Counted from the stretch's first letter, positions 37,153-46,271 are shown. The stretch: DNA of 64,000 nt from a virus (IMGVR_UViG_3300037067_021960:7061-71060), one strand, 5' to 3'. Translations and numbers: made by a program. The notes: generated by a model not told the origin, from the sequence alone.

Positions 37153-37679
37153 CGGCCACCTCCCTCCCAGTGCGGGATCCCGAGAAGCGCACCCCACTGC
37201 AGGAACACCGACAGCGAGCCGACCCTCACGCCGCTCTCACGCAGCCTCTGGTTGAGCTTCGGCGTCCACCGCTCCCGCTCGCCGCGGCGCAGGTCGCAGA
37301 GGAGAACGAGGCGCTCCGCATCCTTGGAGTAACGCTCGCAGAACCGCGTGAGCTTGGTCTGCGACTTCGGATCCATCCAGCCTTTGAGCTCGACGAACCA
37401 CTCGCCGGCGTCGAGCCCGCCAAGCGGCTCCGGCCACTGCATCGGTCGCTTGCTGCGGTCGGGAACCTCGATCAGAAAGTCCGGGGTGTAGAACCGTTCC
37501 CCGTGCTCAATGCCCTCGAACTTGAACGTGATCGGCTCAAGACTCCACGGAACGCGAATCCGCGTCATGAGCCGCGCGAAGTTGGCCTCGGCCTGCGAGC
37601 GCACCGCAATACCGAGGTCCTCACGGTACCCGCCCCGTGCCGTGGCCTTCGGGTTGACGTAGGTCGTCGCTCCGGGCAT
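37149..37679 (-). CDS. DUF1064-like PD-(D/E)xK endonuclease
   Basis: RSQAEANFA, EP..F, YTPDF, FVELKG. Confidence 0.8.
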   Translation of the reverse strand: MPGATTYVNPKATARGGYREDLGIAVRSQAEANFARLMTRIRVPWSLEPITFKFEGIEHGERFYTPDFLIEVPDRSKRPMQWPEPLGGLDAGEWFVELKGWMDPKSQTKLTRFCERYSKDAERLVLLCDLRRGERERWTPKLNQRLRESGVRVGSLSVFLQWGALLGIPHWEGGGR

Positions 37680-39121
37680 CACGCACCACCCCCGGGAGCA
37701 CCGATCAGATCGTCGACCGTCGTCGGCTCGCCTGTGGGCTCCGGCTCTGAAGCGCCCGCGCTGCCAGCCCCGTCGTCCACTCCATCGCTCGCGGCCTCCG
37801 GCTGCGGTTCCGCCGCCTTCTTCTCGGCTTCGTGCTTCTCGAACTCCGAGCATGCCTTGGCGATCGCGACGGCGCGCGGGAAGACCTGCGTTCGCACGCT
37901 GATGACACGTCGCTTCAACCCACACGCCCATGCCGGCGACTCCTCGTCGACAAACAGGACCCTCCCGTCCGTTTTCACCACTGCGAGGCGGTTCGTGCTG
38001 TCATCTCCCGGGCCAACCCTCCGGCACCTCTTGCACTCGTAGCAGTTGACCTCATCGACGGCCGCCGCGACTGGCTCCGTAACAGGCTCAGGTACGCACG
38101 GTTCCGGCTGTGGCGCGGGGGTTGGCGTCTCAGCCTGCTTCGGGATCAGGCTCTCGATTGCCAGCACACCCACCGCGACACGGCCGTCGCCGAACTGCAT
38201 CGCGCGGAACGCCTGCTCGCCACCACGGGAGATGGCCACCGCGGCGTCCACCGATGCTCGATCGCCCTCGATCTCGACTCCGTGCGGTTCCTCGTCGGAC
38301 AGAATACGCACGTCTTCAACGACAAACGCCCCGTTCTCGTCGTCGGGGTCCTCCCCCTCCGGCGCCGCGCTCAGGTAGACGAGCGTGCCCGCGGGGATGA
38401 CAAGCCCCTTCTCACCCCACACCTCGACGCGCCCCGTCTTGCACTCGACATCGAGTTCGTCGGGCTGCCTGTCGGCGTTGGCGGTAACGTTACTGCCATC
38501 GCCCTTCCCCGGTGCGGGCGGTTCTGGCTTCTGGACCTTGCTCTTGATGTCGACCGTGGGCGGCTGCGCTTCGTGGATCATGCTGCGAAAACCGTCGAGG
38601 GTGAGCCGCGGCGCGTGCTCCGGATCGCGCTCGTGCTTCTCGATCCGCTCCTGTGCGGTCTCGAGGACGTCGAAGTACTTCTCGGGCTTGGCACGGAGCG
38701 CGACCACGAAGAAGCTCGGCGTCAGGCACGGGAAGTCACGGGTGATCCGCCGGTCTGCATCGACGAACCGACCACCAACGCGCGACAACTCCTTCGCGTA
38801 CTCGTAGGCCACCGTCTTCAGCCGCTTCTCGCGGGCCCACGCGTTGTACTGGTCGATCCACTCGTGGAGCTGGCGATCGCTGGCGAAACTCGCACAGATC
38901 GCGCAGCGCAGCTCGAACGCCTGCCCCTCCGCCTCGAGCGAGATGGCGAACACGCCCTGTTTCTCGCCCGGGCTCATGTCTCCGATGCTCTGGTAGAGCC
39001 GCTCGAGCGCGTCGTCCAGACCGCGCGCGCGGAGCTCCTCCTGCAGCCACTGTGACGGGCTGGCGACTGCCGTCCCGCTACCGTTCTGGGTCTGATCCCC
39101 TTCCTGCTGATCTTGCGACAT
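37679..39121 (-). CDS. Hypothetical protein (helical N-terminus, acidic Pro-rich linkers)
   Basis: 480-aa ORF with phage-like codon use and RBS. Confidence 0.75.
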   Translation of the reverse strand: MSQDQQEGDQTQNGSGTAVASPSQWLQEELRARGLDDALERLYQSIGDMSPGEKQGVFAISLEAEGQAFELRCAICASFASDRQLHEWIDQYNAWAREKRLKTVAYEYAKELSRVGGRFVDADRRITRDFPCLTPSFFVVALRAKPEKYFDVLETAQERIEKHERDPEHAPRLTLDGFRSMIHEAQPPTVDIKSKVQKPEPPAPGKGDGSNVTANADRQPDELDVECKTGRVEVWGEKGLVIPAGTLVYLSAAPEGEDPDDENGAFVVEDVRILSDEEPHGVEIEGDRASVDAAVAISRGGEQAFRAMQFGDGRVAVGVLAIESLIPKQAETPTPAPQPEPCVPEPVTEPVAAAVDEVNCYECKRCRRVGPGDDSTNRLAVVKTDGRVLFVDEESPAWACGLKRRVISVRTQVFPRAVAIAKACSEFEKHEAEKKAAEPQPEAASDGVDDGAGSAGASEPEPTGEPTTVDDLIGAPGGGA

Positions 39122-39368
39122 GGTTCTGAGCCCCTTTCTCGTTTTGGATGCGATCAGCGATGGTCCGCACGCCGCGGATCATGTCGATCTCGTCTACCGT
39201 CGCCGGGCGACTGCGCCGCCGCGCACGCCGTTCGGCCCACTCCGTTGCTGACTGCTTCACAACCTCGTCCGGATAGCCGAGGTCCACGCGCAGAAACTCG
39301 AGCACGCGAGCCGCCGCCTGCAGGCTCGACGTCATCCGTTCTCGCTCTTGCTTCTTGCCCCCGAACAT
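39078..39368 (-). CDS. Hypothetical protein
   Basis: Coupled to the rep stop. Confidence 0.55.
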   Translation of the reverse strand: MFGGKKQERERMTSSLQAAARVLEFLRVDLGYPDEVVKQSATEWAERRARRRSRPATVDEIDMIRGVRTIADRIQNEKGAQNHVARSAGRGSDPER

Positions 39369-40573
39369 CACACCCTCACCTTCTCCGCCACATGGCACCC
39401 CGCCTTTTCCAGCTTCGCCGCGATGTCCCGTGCCCGCTCCTCGAGCTCGCCGCGCCGTGCCTCCATCTCCGCGATGCTGTCCCCGGCATCCCCCTCCCCG
39501 GCATCGTCGAGGAGCTTACCCATCTTCTGACGCAACCCTGCGGGGATCTCCTCCGCCTGCGCTCGCTCCTGCGCTGCTCGGCGCTCGAGCGCGATGTCGG
39601 CCTCGATCCCGCGAATACGGCTCATGATTCGCCGGTACTGGTCTCGCAGGTCGTCGATCCACTCCGGCGAGTCCGAACCCGCCGATCCCGAGTACTCCGA
39701 ACGTAGCTCCTGCAACTTCCCGGCGCGGTAGTCGGGAAGCCACCGCCGCACCGTGTTGATCGTCCACGTCCACCCCAGCGCCGCGAGCTGCCGCATGCAG
39801 CCCTCAATCTGCTCGACCGTGTTGCCATCGAGGAGCGCCTGGCGAACCCCCTGCTGGATCGGGAGCCACTCCTTCCCCTGCGGGCGGACCCCGCGCAGCT
39901 CCGCGTACGCCTCGGTGAGGTGGTCAAGCTGTTCCTTGTCGACCTTCACCCTCGGCGCCGGCTTCTCGGCCGGCGAGGAAGGTTTCTCTCTCACTCCTTT
40001 CTCACTTCTAATCTCTACTGGCGCCCGGGCGACGGAGGTCCGGCGCTCGGGTGACGGACCCTCCGGCGCTCGGGTGACGGAGGGGGTCCGGCGCTCGGGT
40101 GACGGAGGGGGTGTTGGCAGTGGATCCTTGGAAGATTCCGTAGGCCACACCGGGTACAGTCGACGTTCGACGACCGCCCCCTTGTCGCCATTGGTGACGA
40201 TCGCGCCGTTCTCGTCGATGCGGTCAATCGAGCTGCGCAAGAGCCCCTTGTCCACGAGCACCCTGATGTGCTCACGTACGGTCCGGGCTTCCATGAGCAG
40301 GTTCTCGCCGAGCCACTTGTTCGTTGCCCAGCAGTAACCGTGTTTGCCCGAGAGGCCGCAGATTTTTCCCCAGACCAGCTTCTGAGCGTGGGTTAGGTCT
40401 GACCGTGCGATGATGAACGCCGGAATGAACGCCCCACCGAGCTCCTTGGCCCGCTCGACGGTGAAGTTGTCTTCGGTGGGCTCGGCGTCGCCATCTCGTC
40501 GTGCAGCCGTCACGGTTTCACCACCCGGTTCGTTCCCCCCACTTGACATCCCCCTCTCGCCGGCTACAATCAA
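39368..40573 (-). CDS. Phage replication initiator (N-terminal wHTH, O-like)
   Basis: IPAFIIARSDLT...GYCWATNKWLGENL...TVREHIRVLVDKGLL; internal DNA repeats. Confidence 0.82.
   Translation of the reverse strand: MIVAGERGMSSGGNEPGGETVTAARRDGDAEPTEDNFTVERAKELGGAFIPAFIIARSDLTHAQKLVWGKICGLSGKHGYCWATNKWLGENLLMEARTVREHIRVLVDKGLLRSSIDRIDENGAIVTNGDKGAVVERRLYPVWPTESSKDPLPTPPPSPERRTPSVTRAPEGPSPERRTSVARAPVEIRSEKGVREKPSSPAEKPAPRVKVDKEQLDHLTEAYAELRGVRPQGKEWLPIQQGVRQALLDGNTVEQIEGCMRQLAALGWTWTINTVRRWLPDYRAGKLQELRSEYSGSAGSDSPEWIDDLRDQYRRIMSRIRGIEADIALERRAAQERAQAEEIPAGLRQKMGKLLDDAGEGDAGDSIAEMEARRGELEERARDIAAKLEKAGCHVAEKVRV
40017..40106. repeat. Iteron-like array (putative origin) inside rep
   Basis: TCCGGCGCTCGGGTGACGGA at 40039, 40062 and 40087, plus a degenerate copy at 40017; next to a comparatively AT-rich tract at 39981-40016. 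Confidence 0.8.
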
Positions 40574-40584
40574 AAGCGTTCCGG

Positions 40585-40699
40585 GTCGGCGCTCACCGAC
40601 TCGTCAACACCAACACACACGCGCCCCGCTCAAGGGCACTTCTCCCGCATCCTCGCTCAAGGATGCACTTTGCCTAGCGATCGGTTGCTCAGACCGACC
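40585..40699 (-). ncRNA. Structured leader or sRNA: four hairpins with UGAGC loops
   Basis: Stems differ in sequence but all pair; loops are CUGAGCA, UGAGCG, UGAGC, UGAGCG. Confidence 0.65.
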
Positions 40700-40705
40700 G
40701 GGTCC

Positions 40706-40735
40706 ACGATAGCATGGAACCCGCGCCGCGGTCAA
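40706..40735 (-). promoter_or_regulatory. Promoter upstream of the rep leader
   Basis: TTGACC-18-TATCGT with extended TG. Confidence 0.65.
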
Positions 40736-40757
40736 CGGCCTGGCCAGGCACAGCGCA

Positions 40758-40967
40758 TCAGCACGCACGTCGGAATTGCCTCCCCGGACCGCGGCCGGCG
40801 TTCGTCCAGCGATCGACAGCCTCCTCGCCGTGCGTACGCAGGAGTGACGCCTCGATCGCGTCACGGATGGCCTCTTCGCCGCGCACGTCCTCCGAGAGAA
40901 CGATCGCCTTGATGACCTCGACGTCGTCGAGCTCGCTGATGCAGATGGCCTCATACACAGGCGCCAT
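40758..40967 (-). CDS. Small hypothetical protein
   Basis: GGAGG RBS; MAPVYEAIC... Confidence 0.5.
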   Translation of the reverse strand: MAPVYEAICISELDDVEVIKAIVLSEDVRGEEAIRDAIEASLLRTHGEEAVDRWTNAGRGPGRQFRRAC

Positions 40968-41334
40968 GCGCCACCTCCTCGTGTGTTGGGTTAGCCTCTT
41001 CCCACCATCGGACGTTCGCCGGCCGCTCAAGGTGGTGGATCCAGACATGCGGGTCCGGCCGGTGCAGCGACGGATAGCGGGCGAGCAATCCCGCTTCCAT
41101 CAGCGACGGCGACACGAACCCGCACGCTGTATGGAACAGAGCACACGCTTCTCGTAGGGGATAACGGCGCGTGGCCGTGATGCGATAAGGAACGTTCACA
41201 GCCGCGACGACGAGCAGGTCGCCGACCACACCCTCGAGGCGAGGACGGGCCACGGCACGAATCGACCAATTCACAATGTCGACAGGCCGGTTTGGAAACG
41301 CAGACAGCGCTATGCGTACGACACGTTGCGACAC
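40951..41334 (-). CDS. Hypothetical protein
   Basis: AAGGGGG RBS with a GTG start. Confidence 0.5.
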   Translation of the reverse strand: MSQRVVRIALSAFPNRPVDIVNWSIRAVARPRLEGVVGDLLVVAAVNVPYRITATRRYPLREACALFHTACGFVSPSLMEAGLLARYPSLHRPDPHVWIHHLERPANVRWWEEANPTHEEVAHGACV

Positions 41335-41361
41335 GGTCGAGCCCCCTTAGTGCCAGCTATT

Positions 41362-42165
41362 CTAGAACGGAACTTCCTCCTCGCCAACCCCACTGCCTTG
41401 AGGAGCGCTCGCCGCGGGGCCTCCCGGCGCACCGTCGACATCCGGCACGTCGGCCGTCGCCCCGAGGCCGTAGCTGCGGAAGCGGCTGTACATCTCCTCG
41501 TACGGCGCCATCTCCTCCGGCGTCAGCCACTGGATCTGGCCGAACTTGGCGACGTAGAACGTGCCCTTCGCGTTCTGCTGCTTGTCGAGCGTGACCGTGA
41601 CCCGCGCCGAGAAGAGCGGCCGGCCCTTGGAGATGAAGAGCGACAGGAACCGCCGTGCCGGGAAGGACGACATCCCGTGGAACGAGATGTTGAACGGGCC
41701 GACGTCGTCATGGACGCCGAGGAGGTTGTAGCGCACACCACACTGTGGCGGCTTGCGCTTGTTCGTCTTGGGGTCCGTCGTCCACTGCGCATACGAGCAC
41801 TCGCCGCACAACACCATCTCGCCGTCCGGGTTCACGCCGTTGTCCGGGTTGGTGAAGTTCGCCGAACGGCAGACGAGCGCGCCGTCCTGGAACATCGCCC
41901 GCGACTTGTCCTGAATGACGAACACGCAGGTGAGTTCCTTCATCTGCACGCTGTCGCTATCGCTCACGAATTCGCCGGCCGTGAGCCCGTCGCCCGATCC
42001 CGACGGCTGCACGATCCGTACCTGCGGGAGGACGATGTCCTCCGGGTCGAGGTGCTCGATCCCCCGCGTGTCACGCCCTGGCACCGCCACCGCCCTTCCG
42101 CTTGGCCGCTCTACCACCAGAGCGGGTGCTCCTCCTACGCCCTCGCAGGGCTCGTTCTCTGCCAC
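41362..42165 (-). CDS. Phage single-stranded DNA-binding protein (probable)
   Basis: DIVLPQVRIVQ, CxxC...C Zn motif, KG.FYV, acidic EEEVPF tail. Confidence 0.75.
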   Translation of the reverse strand: MAENEPCEGVGGAPALVVERPSGRAVAVPGRDTRGIEHLDPEDIVLPQVRIVQPSGSGDGLTAGEFVSDSDSVQMKELTCVFVIQDKSRAMFQDGALVCRSANFTNPDNGVNPDGEMVLCGECSYAQWTTDPKTNKRKPPQCGVRYNLLGVHDDVGPFNISFHGMSSFPARRFLSLFISKGRPLFSARVTVTLDKQQNAKGTFYVAKFGQIQWLTPEEMAPYEEMYSRFRSYGLGATADVPDVDGAPGGPAASAPQGSGVGEEEVPF

Positions 42166-42473
42166 GTTCCGACCTCCTGACTGACCTTGTGGGTATCCCC
42201 GTTTCCGGGCTCGATGAGCTTCTCCAGCCGCTTCAGCACCGCCGCTTGGCGCTCGCTTTTCGCAGCACGAGCGACGAGGCGACGGATGACGGAAAGACGT
42301 CCGCCCGTCGTCACCGGCCCGCAGTGGGCGATCCCCTGCGCGAGAGCGATCGCCCGAACAAGGGCGCTGTCACGCGGATGCTCGCTCGCCAGCAAGCGAA
42401 CGTCGTACGCCAACAGCGTGAGTGACAAGAAGCGACTGCGGCTAAGAGATTGTGTTGAAACAAGGTTCGCCAT
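42135..42473 (-). CDS. Hypothetical protein
   Basis: GGAGG RBS; 112 aa. Confidence 0.45.
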   Translation of the reverse strand: MANLVSTQSLSRSRFLSLTLLAYDVRLLASEHPRDSALVRAIALAQGIAHCGPVTTGGRLSVIRRLVARAAKSERQAAVLKRLEKLIEPGNGDTHKVSQEVGTWQRTSPARA

Positions 42474-42497
42474 CGTTGCGCCCTCCCGCCCGATCAG

Positions 42498-42526
42498 TTG
42501 ACAAGGCAGGAGACGGCGACTACGAT
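42498..42526 (+). promoter_or_regulatory. Plus-strand (antisense) promoter
   Basis: TTGACA-17-TACGAT with no plus-strand gene downstream. Confidence 0.6.
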
Positions 42527-42626
42527 AGAATCCGTCTCAGCTGCCGTTTGCGACACGGTAGTTTGAGCCCCTTGAGGGGTCCTCGTGTCTCCCGCCTGGA
42601 GTGCCGAGGGCCTCTCTCTTTGTGCG

Positions 42627-42860
42627 CTACCTCGCGCTTTCACTATCCACGCCTTTCCGGCGCCGCGGCCGTTTCTCGTTGTAGCTCCTCAGCGGTTCCC
42701 GCACCTCTTCGGGGGCCCGCTGAGCCCGTTCGAGGAACTCCATCACCGCCTCGCTCGCCAGCTCGTGCATCAGCCGGTTCCTGGAAACCGACAAGAGCTT
42801 GAGCCTGCGGTGAAGATCACCCTCGATCTTCACGTACTTCTTGTCCCCGTTTCCCGACAT
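42627..42860 (-). CDS. Ribbon-helix-helix transcriptional regulator
   Basis: KYVKIEGDLHRRLKLLSV...LASEAVMEFL. Confidence 0.75.
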   Translation of the reverse strand: MSGNGDKKYVKIEGDLHRRLKLLSVSRNRLMHELASEAVMEFLERAQRAPEEVREPLRSYNEKRPRRRKGVDSESAR

Positions 42861-42891
42861 CCATTCCCTCCTCCCCGCAGACAACGATGCA

Positions 42892-42921
42892 ACTATATAC
42901 CACGCCCGGCACAGGAGTCAA
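42892..42921 (-). promoter_or_regulatory. Promoter of the RHH gene
   Basis: TTGACT-18-TATAGT. Confidence 0.7.
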
Positions 42922-42949
42922 GTCCCCTTCATGATGAATGCAGAGAAGA

Positions 42950-44287
42950 TCAGACGAGGTCGAGGTAGAAGGTTTTCTGAAGGTGCAATCCCGTGACGGG
43001 GTGAATGAGGAACGCGCACTGTGCCGGCCGCGATGTCGATAGCATCTGCGTCTCGCCGTACTCGTCGCCACCGACGAGCGATGGGCAGTAGTACCACTCG
43101 GCGCGGTTGCCCTCGAGCGACACGCCGGCGCGGCGGTGGTGCACGTGGCCAGCGAACACGTAACGGTGTGGGAAAAGCCCGCTGCCGTGTCCGATCTCCG
43201 CCAGGGCGGCCACCTGCTCGGCACGGCCTGGCGTGAGAGCGCGCGCCGTCCCCGCGCCGTGGAGGAACACGCACAGACTCGTCCCCACCGCATGGGTCGA
43301 GACGAGATTCGGTCGCGCAGACACGGTGATCCTCTCCGTCCCAGCGAAAGCGCTCCTGAGGAGCGGGTCGAACAGGAACTCGTCGAACACCCCCGACAGC
43401 GGCTTGCCGCCGCGGCCGTGGTTCCCCACCTTGGCGATGACCTCAACGTGGAGCGGGAGCTCGGCCAGAAGGCGGGTGAAGAACCCGACGAGGACCTCGA
43501 GCGCCAGGCGCACCTGCGCCGTCGAGTGCACCGCTTGCATCTGTGCCTGCCCCGCGTACGTGTCGGAGAACGGGTTGTCGACCATGTCGCCGAGCGAAGC
43601 GACGACGAGGCGATCGATCGTCTTCACGTGCGTAGCCGCGAACTCGATGACCTGCCCGGCAAGAGAGTCGACACGAGCGCGCAGCACTTCCACATCGAAC
43701 CGATTCGGCGCAGTGAGCATCGACTCGACGACGAGCTTACCAACGTGCCAATCAGTGATTGGGAGGAGGAGCTGCGAGCGTACTGTGCCATGCCCTTTCC
43801 GCGCTCCTCTCGATTCGCGCAACGCCGCGGGGTCGACCAGGCTCATCTCCCGCACCGCTTGCGCCACCGTACGTGCGAAGATCTCCGAGCGACGCAACTC
43901 CTCACGTGCCTTCTGCCACTCCGTTCGATACCACCCTGCCGACCGCTGCTGCAGCTTGCGATCGTAGTCGTCCTCGCGCTGCTCGAGCGTGCGCTCGACG
44001 AGCTCGTCCGTCGGCGTCTCTGCGGTCACCCACGGAGGATAGGGAATCGACGTGTGGGTCAGACCGAGAACGCGCTGGATCTTCGTGAACAGAGCTCGCT
44101 GGATGTTGAACCGCCGGCAGACCTCGTTGACCTGCAGCGGCCCCGTCTCGTTGGCGTAGGCGTGCCAGATCTCCTCCCAGAGGGCCCTCGGAGCTTTGTA
44201 GACACGGTCAGCGCGGTAGTAGACGAGAAGCGTCTTCCCATCGCCAGAGATCTGCCACCACGGTTCGAAACGATCGGGTTCGGTCAT
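42950..44287 (-). CDS. Calcineurin-like metallophosphoesterase with an N-terminal HTH/coiled coil
   Basis: TDWHVG, GDMVDN, GNHG, HG, GHVHH. Confidence 0.88.
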   Translation of the reverse strand: MTEPDRFEPWWQISGDGKTLLVYYRADRVYKAPRALWEEIWHAYANETGPLQVNEVCRRFNIQRALFTKIQRVLGLTHTSIPYPPWVTAETPTDELVERTLEQREDDYDRKLQQRSAGWYRTEWQKAREELRRSEIFARTVAQAVREMSLVDPAALRESRGARKGHGTVRSQLLLPITDWHVGKLVVESMLTAPNRFDVEVLRARVDSLAGQVIEFAATHVKTIDRLVVASLGDMVDNPFSDTYAGQAQMQAVHSTAQVRLALEVLVGFFTRLLAELPLHVEVIAKVGNHGRGGKPLSGVFDEFLFDPLLRSAFAGTERITVSARPNLVSTHAVGTSLCVFLHGAGTARALTPGRAEQVAALAEIGHGSGLFPHRYVFAGHVHHRRAGVSLEGNRAEWYYCPSLVGGDEYGETQMLSTSRPAQCAFLIHPVTGLHLQKTFYLDLV

Positions 44288-44419
44288 AGAATGAGGCGCG
44301 GAGAGGGGCGAGGGTCCGATCGTTGCGCCGTCATCAGCGTTTCGATGGGTGAGACGAACCCCTCTCCGCGTTGCACGTCACCATGCGCGCCAGGTCTCCG
44401 ACGCGCTTCACTCCAACGG

Positions 44420-44746
44420 CTACTTCGAAGCGACGATCGACTCGAAGTTCGGGAGCTTCTTGAAGATCGTCTCCTCGAACCAGGTGTAGATCTTGTGAGC
44501 GGCGGCGAACACCGTCACCGCCGACCCGATGAGCCATCCGAACCACTCGGCAGACCACGCCATCCCCGTTGCCGTACCGGCCACGCCGGACAGAAGGACC
44601 CACGTGACCGCGATCACCGTCGAGACAGCGATCGCAAACCACCGGGCCTTCCACGCCTTCCAGGTCTTCTTCTTCAAGAACTGGATCAGGAACGGCGCGA
44701 CGACCGTGACGGCGAACCCGGTCAGCGCCTGGAGGAGGACGGTCAC
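44420..44746 (-). CDS. Holin-like membrane protein (3 TM)
   Basis: Three hydrophobic helices, a basic loop and a charged tail. Confidence 0.65.
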   Translation of the reverse strand: MTVLLQALTGFAVTVVAPFLIQFLKKKTWKAWKARWFAIAVSTVIAVTWVLLSGVAGTATGMAWSAEWFGWLIGSAVTVFAAAHKIYTWFEETIFKKLPNFESIVASK

Positions 44747-45309
44747 GGTGCGTCACCTACTGTGTCCGTTCTGCGGAACAACGACTCCAGGCCGAACAGG
44801 TCGAAGCTTCCACCCAGCGCCCATCCGAACCCCTTCGCGCTGTAGAAGACCTCGCCGCGGATCGTGAACTCATACGGCAAGATCAGTGCCGCGCTCGCCA
44901 CGAGTCCAGGGTCGTTGATCCCAAACGCAAAGGTCGGCAGGACGGCGAGTTCGAGCGGTAGCACGAATCCGCAGCCTGGTCGGAACACGATCACCGGCAC
45001 GTCGTCGACCGCAAACAGGGTGATGTCGTAGGTCGCCTGGACGTCCAGGTAGCCTGCAAACGCGAACTCCCACGGATGGACGACGTGAAACACGACGTCC
45101 GTGATCTTGAAGTCGCCCCAGCCGCCCAGGGAACGCCCGAACTCATGCACGTAGCTGATCCCGTACGCTGGCAGAAGCATCGCTTCGCCCACGTCCTCGT
45201 CGTAGTTGAGATACGTGAACCCGACCGTCGGCCCGGCCCACGCCGTCATCACGCTGCCCATGAGCAGCCCCAGCATCACGCAGAGTGAAAGCGCCAACGC
45301 CCTCTTCAC
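44743..45309 (-). CDS. Secreted, outer-membrane beta-barrel-like protein
   Basis: Signal peptide ending AWA, then alternating aromatic/hydrophobic beta-strand patterns. Confidence 0.55.
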   Translation of the reverse strand: MKRALALSLCVMLGLLMGSVMTAWAGPTVGFTYLNYDEDVGEAMLLPAYGISYVHEFGRSLGGWGDFKITDVVFHVVHPWEFAFAGYLDVQATYDITLFAVDDVPVIVFRPGCGFVLPLELAVLPTFAFGINDPGLVASAALILPYEFTIRGEVFYSAKGFGWALGGSFDLFGLESLFRRTDTVGDAP

Positions 45310-45362
45310 GATGAACCTCCTCTGAGTACCTTGCCGGTATCGCGCCGGCTGCTTGTCTCCCA

Positions 45363-46271
45363 CTACTCGTCACACGTCGACGAGCAGCCCCCTCCGTAGT
45401 AATCTTCGAACCACGATTCCCGTACCGCGCGCTCCGGCGGAGTCACACGGTCGATCGCTTCGCAGACAAACAGGATCCTTTCCCCTGTCGGTACCGGGGG
45501 TGTGTACGGATCGTCCGAGTCGTCACCGCAGCCGCGTGGGGTGTATGGATCGAACGGCGGCGCGATCGAGCAACGGCTGCCGCTGTTCCCGACCTCGATG
45601 TACGAGAGGTCGTAAACAGAGATCCACTCCCCGTTGATCACCTCGCCGAGGCGATTCCAAATCGTGTATGACACCGACTGGCCGCGGCTGTCGGGCCCCG
45701 TGACCGTCAGGCGGTAGAGCACCTCATCGCCCTGATGTGTGTTCACATCCCAGATTCCCGAGACGGACTCCGTACGCCCGGTCGAGCTCTCGCAGCCGTG
45801 CTCCAATGGCGAAGCGTCCAGCCGTACGAGCTGCCGGTAGAACAGAGGCACCGCGTGCCACGACGGGTAGATCACAGGCGGATCGTTCAACACGACGACG
45901 CGGCCGGTCTTTGTCTCCCGTCCCGATGTGACCGTAACGGTGAACGACCCCGCTTCGGTGTAGGTGTGCTCGAACGTGTAGTAGCCCGTTGTCGGCAACG
46001 CTTCGGGCGAGGTCGCCGACGTGCCGTCACCGAACGCGATCGCGTAGCCCTTGGTCCGATTCCCTCCGGAGACGAGAATGCTGACCTCGAGGCCGCCGAG
46101 CGCGTAGTCGGGGTAGGATTCGACGTGTGTCCCGTGGGACACCCCATGGATCTCGATCTTGAGTAGGATAGGGCTGTCCGGCTGCAACCAGTCCAACAGA
46201 TCGCAACCCGCTCCCATCAGGATGAAGCAGAGTAGCGCAACTAGAAAAACGCCGCGATGGCGCATGCGCAT
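45363..46271 (-). CDS. Lipoprotein with a PKD domain
   Basis: Lipobox MGAG-C; AFGDG...HTYTEAGSFTVTVT. Confidence 0.8.
   Translation of the reverse strand: MRMRHRGVFLVALLCFILMGAGCDLLDWLQPDSPILLKIEIHGVSHGTHVESYPDYALGGLEVSILVSGGNRTKGYAIAFGDGTSATSPEALPTTGYYTFEHTYTEAGSFTVTVTSGRETKTGRVVVLNDPPVIYPSWHAVPLFYRQLVRLDASPLEHGCESSTGRTESVSGIWDVNTHQGDEVLYRLTVTGPDSRGQSVSYTIWNRLGEVINGEWISVYDLSYIEVGNSGSRCSIAPPFDPYTPRGCGDDSDDPYTPPVPTGERILFVCEAIDRVTPPERAVRESWFEDYYGGGCSSTCDE

Noticed and set aside
44309-44358. CUGAUGA and CGAAA on the minus strand suggested a hammerhead ribozyme
   Set aside because: Only 2 nt separate GAAA and CUGAUGA, so stems I and III cannot form
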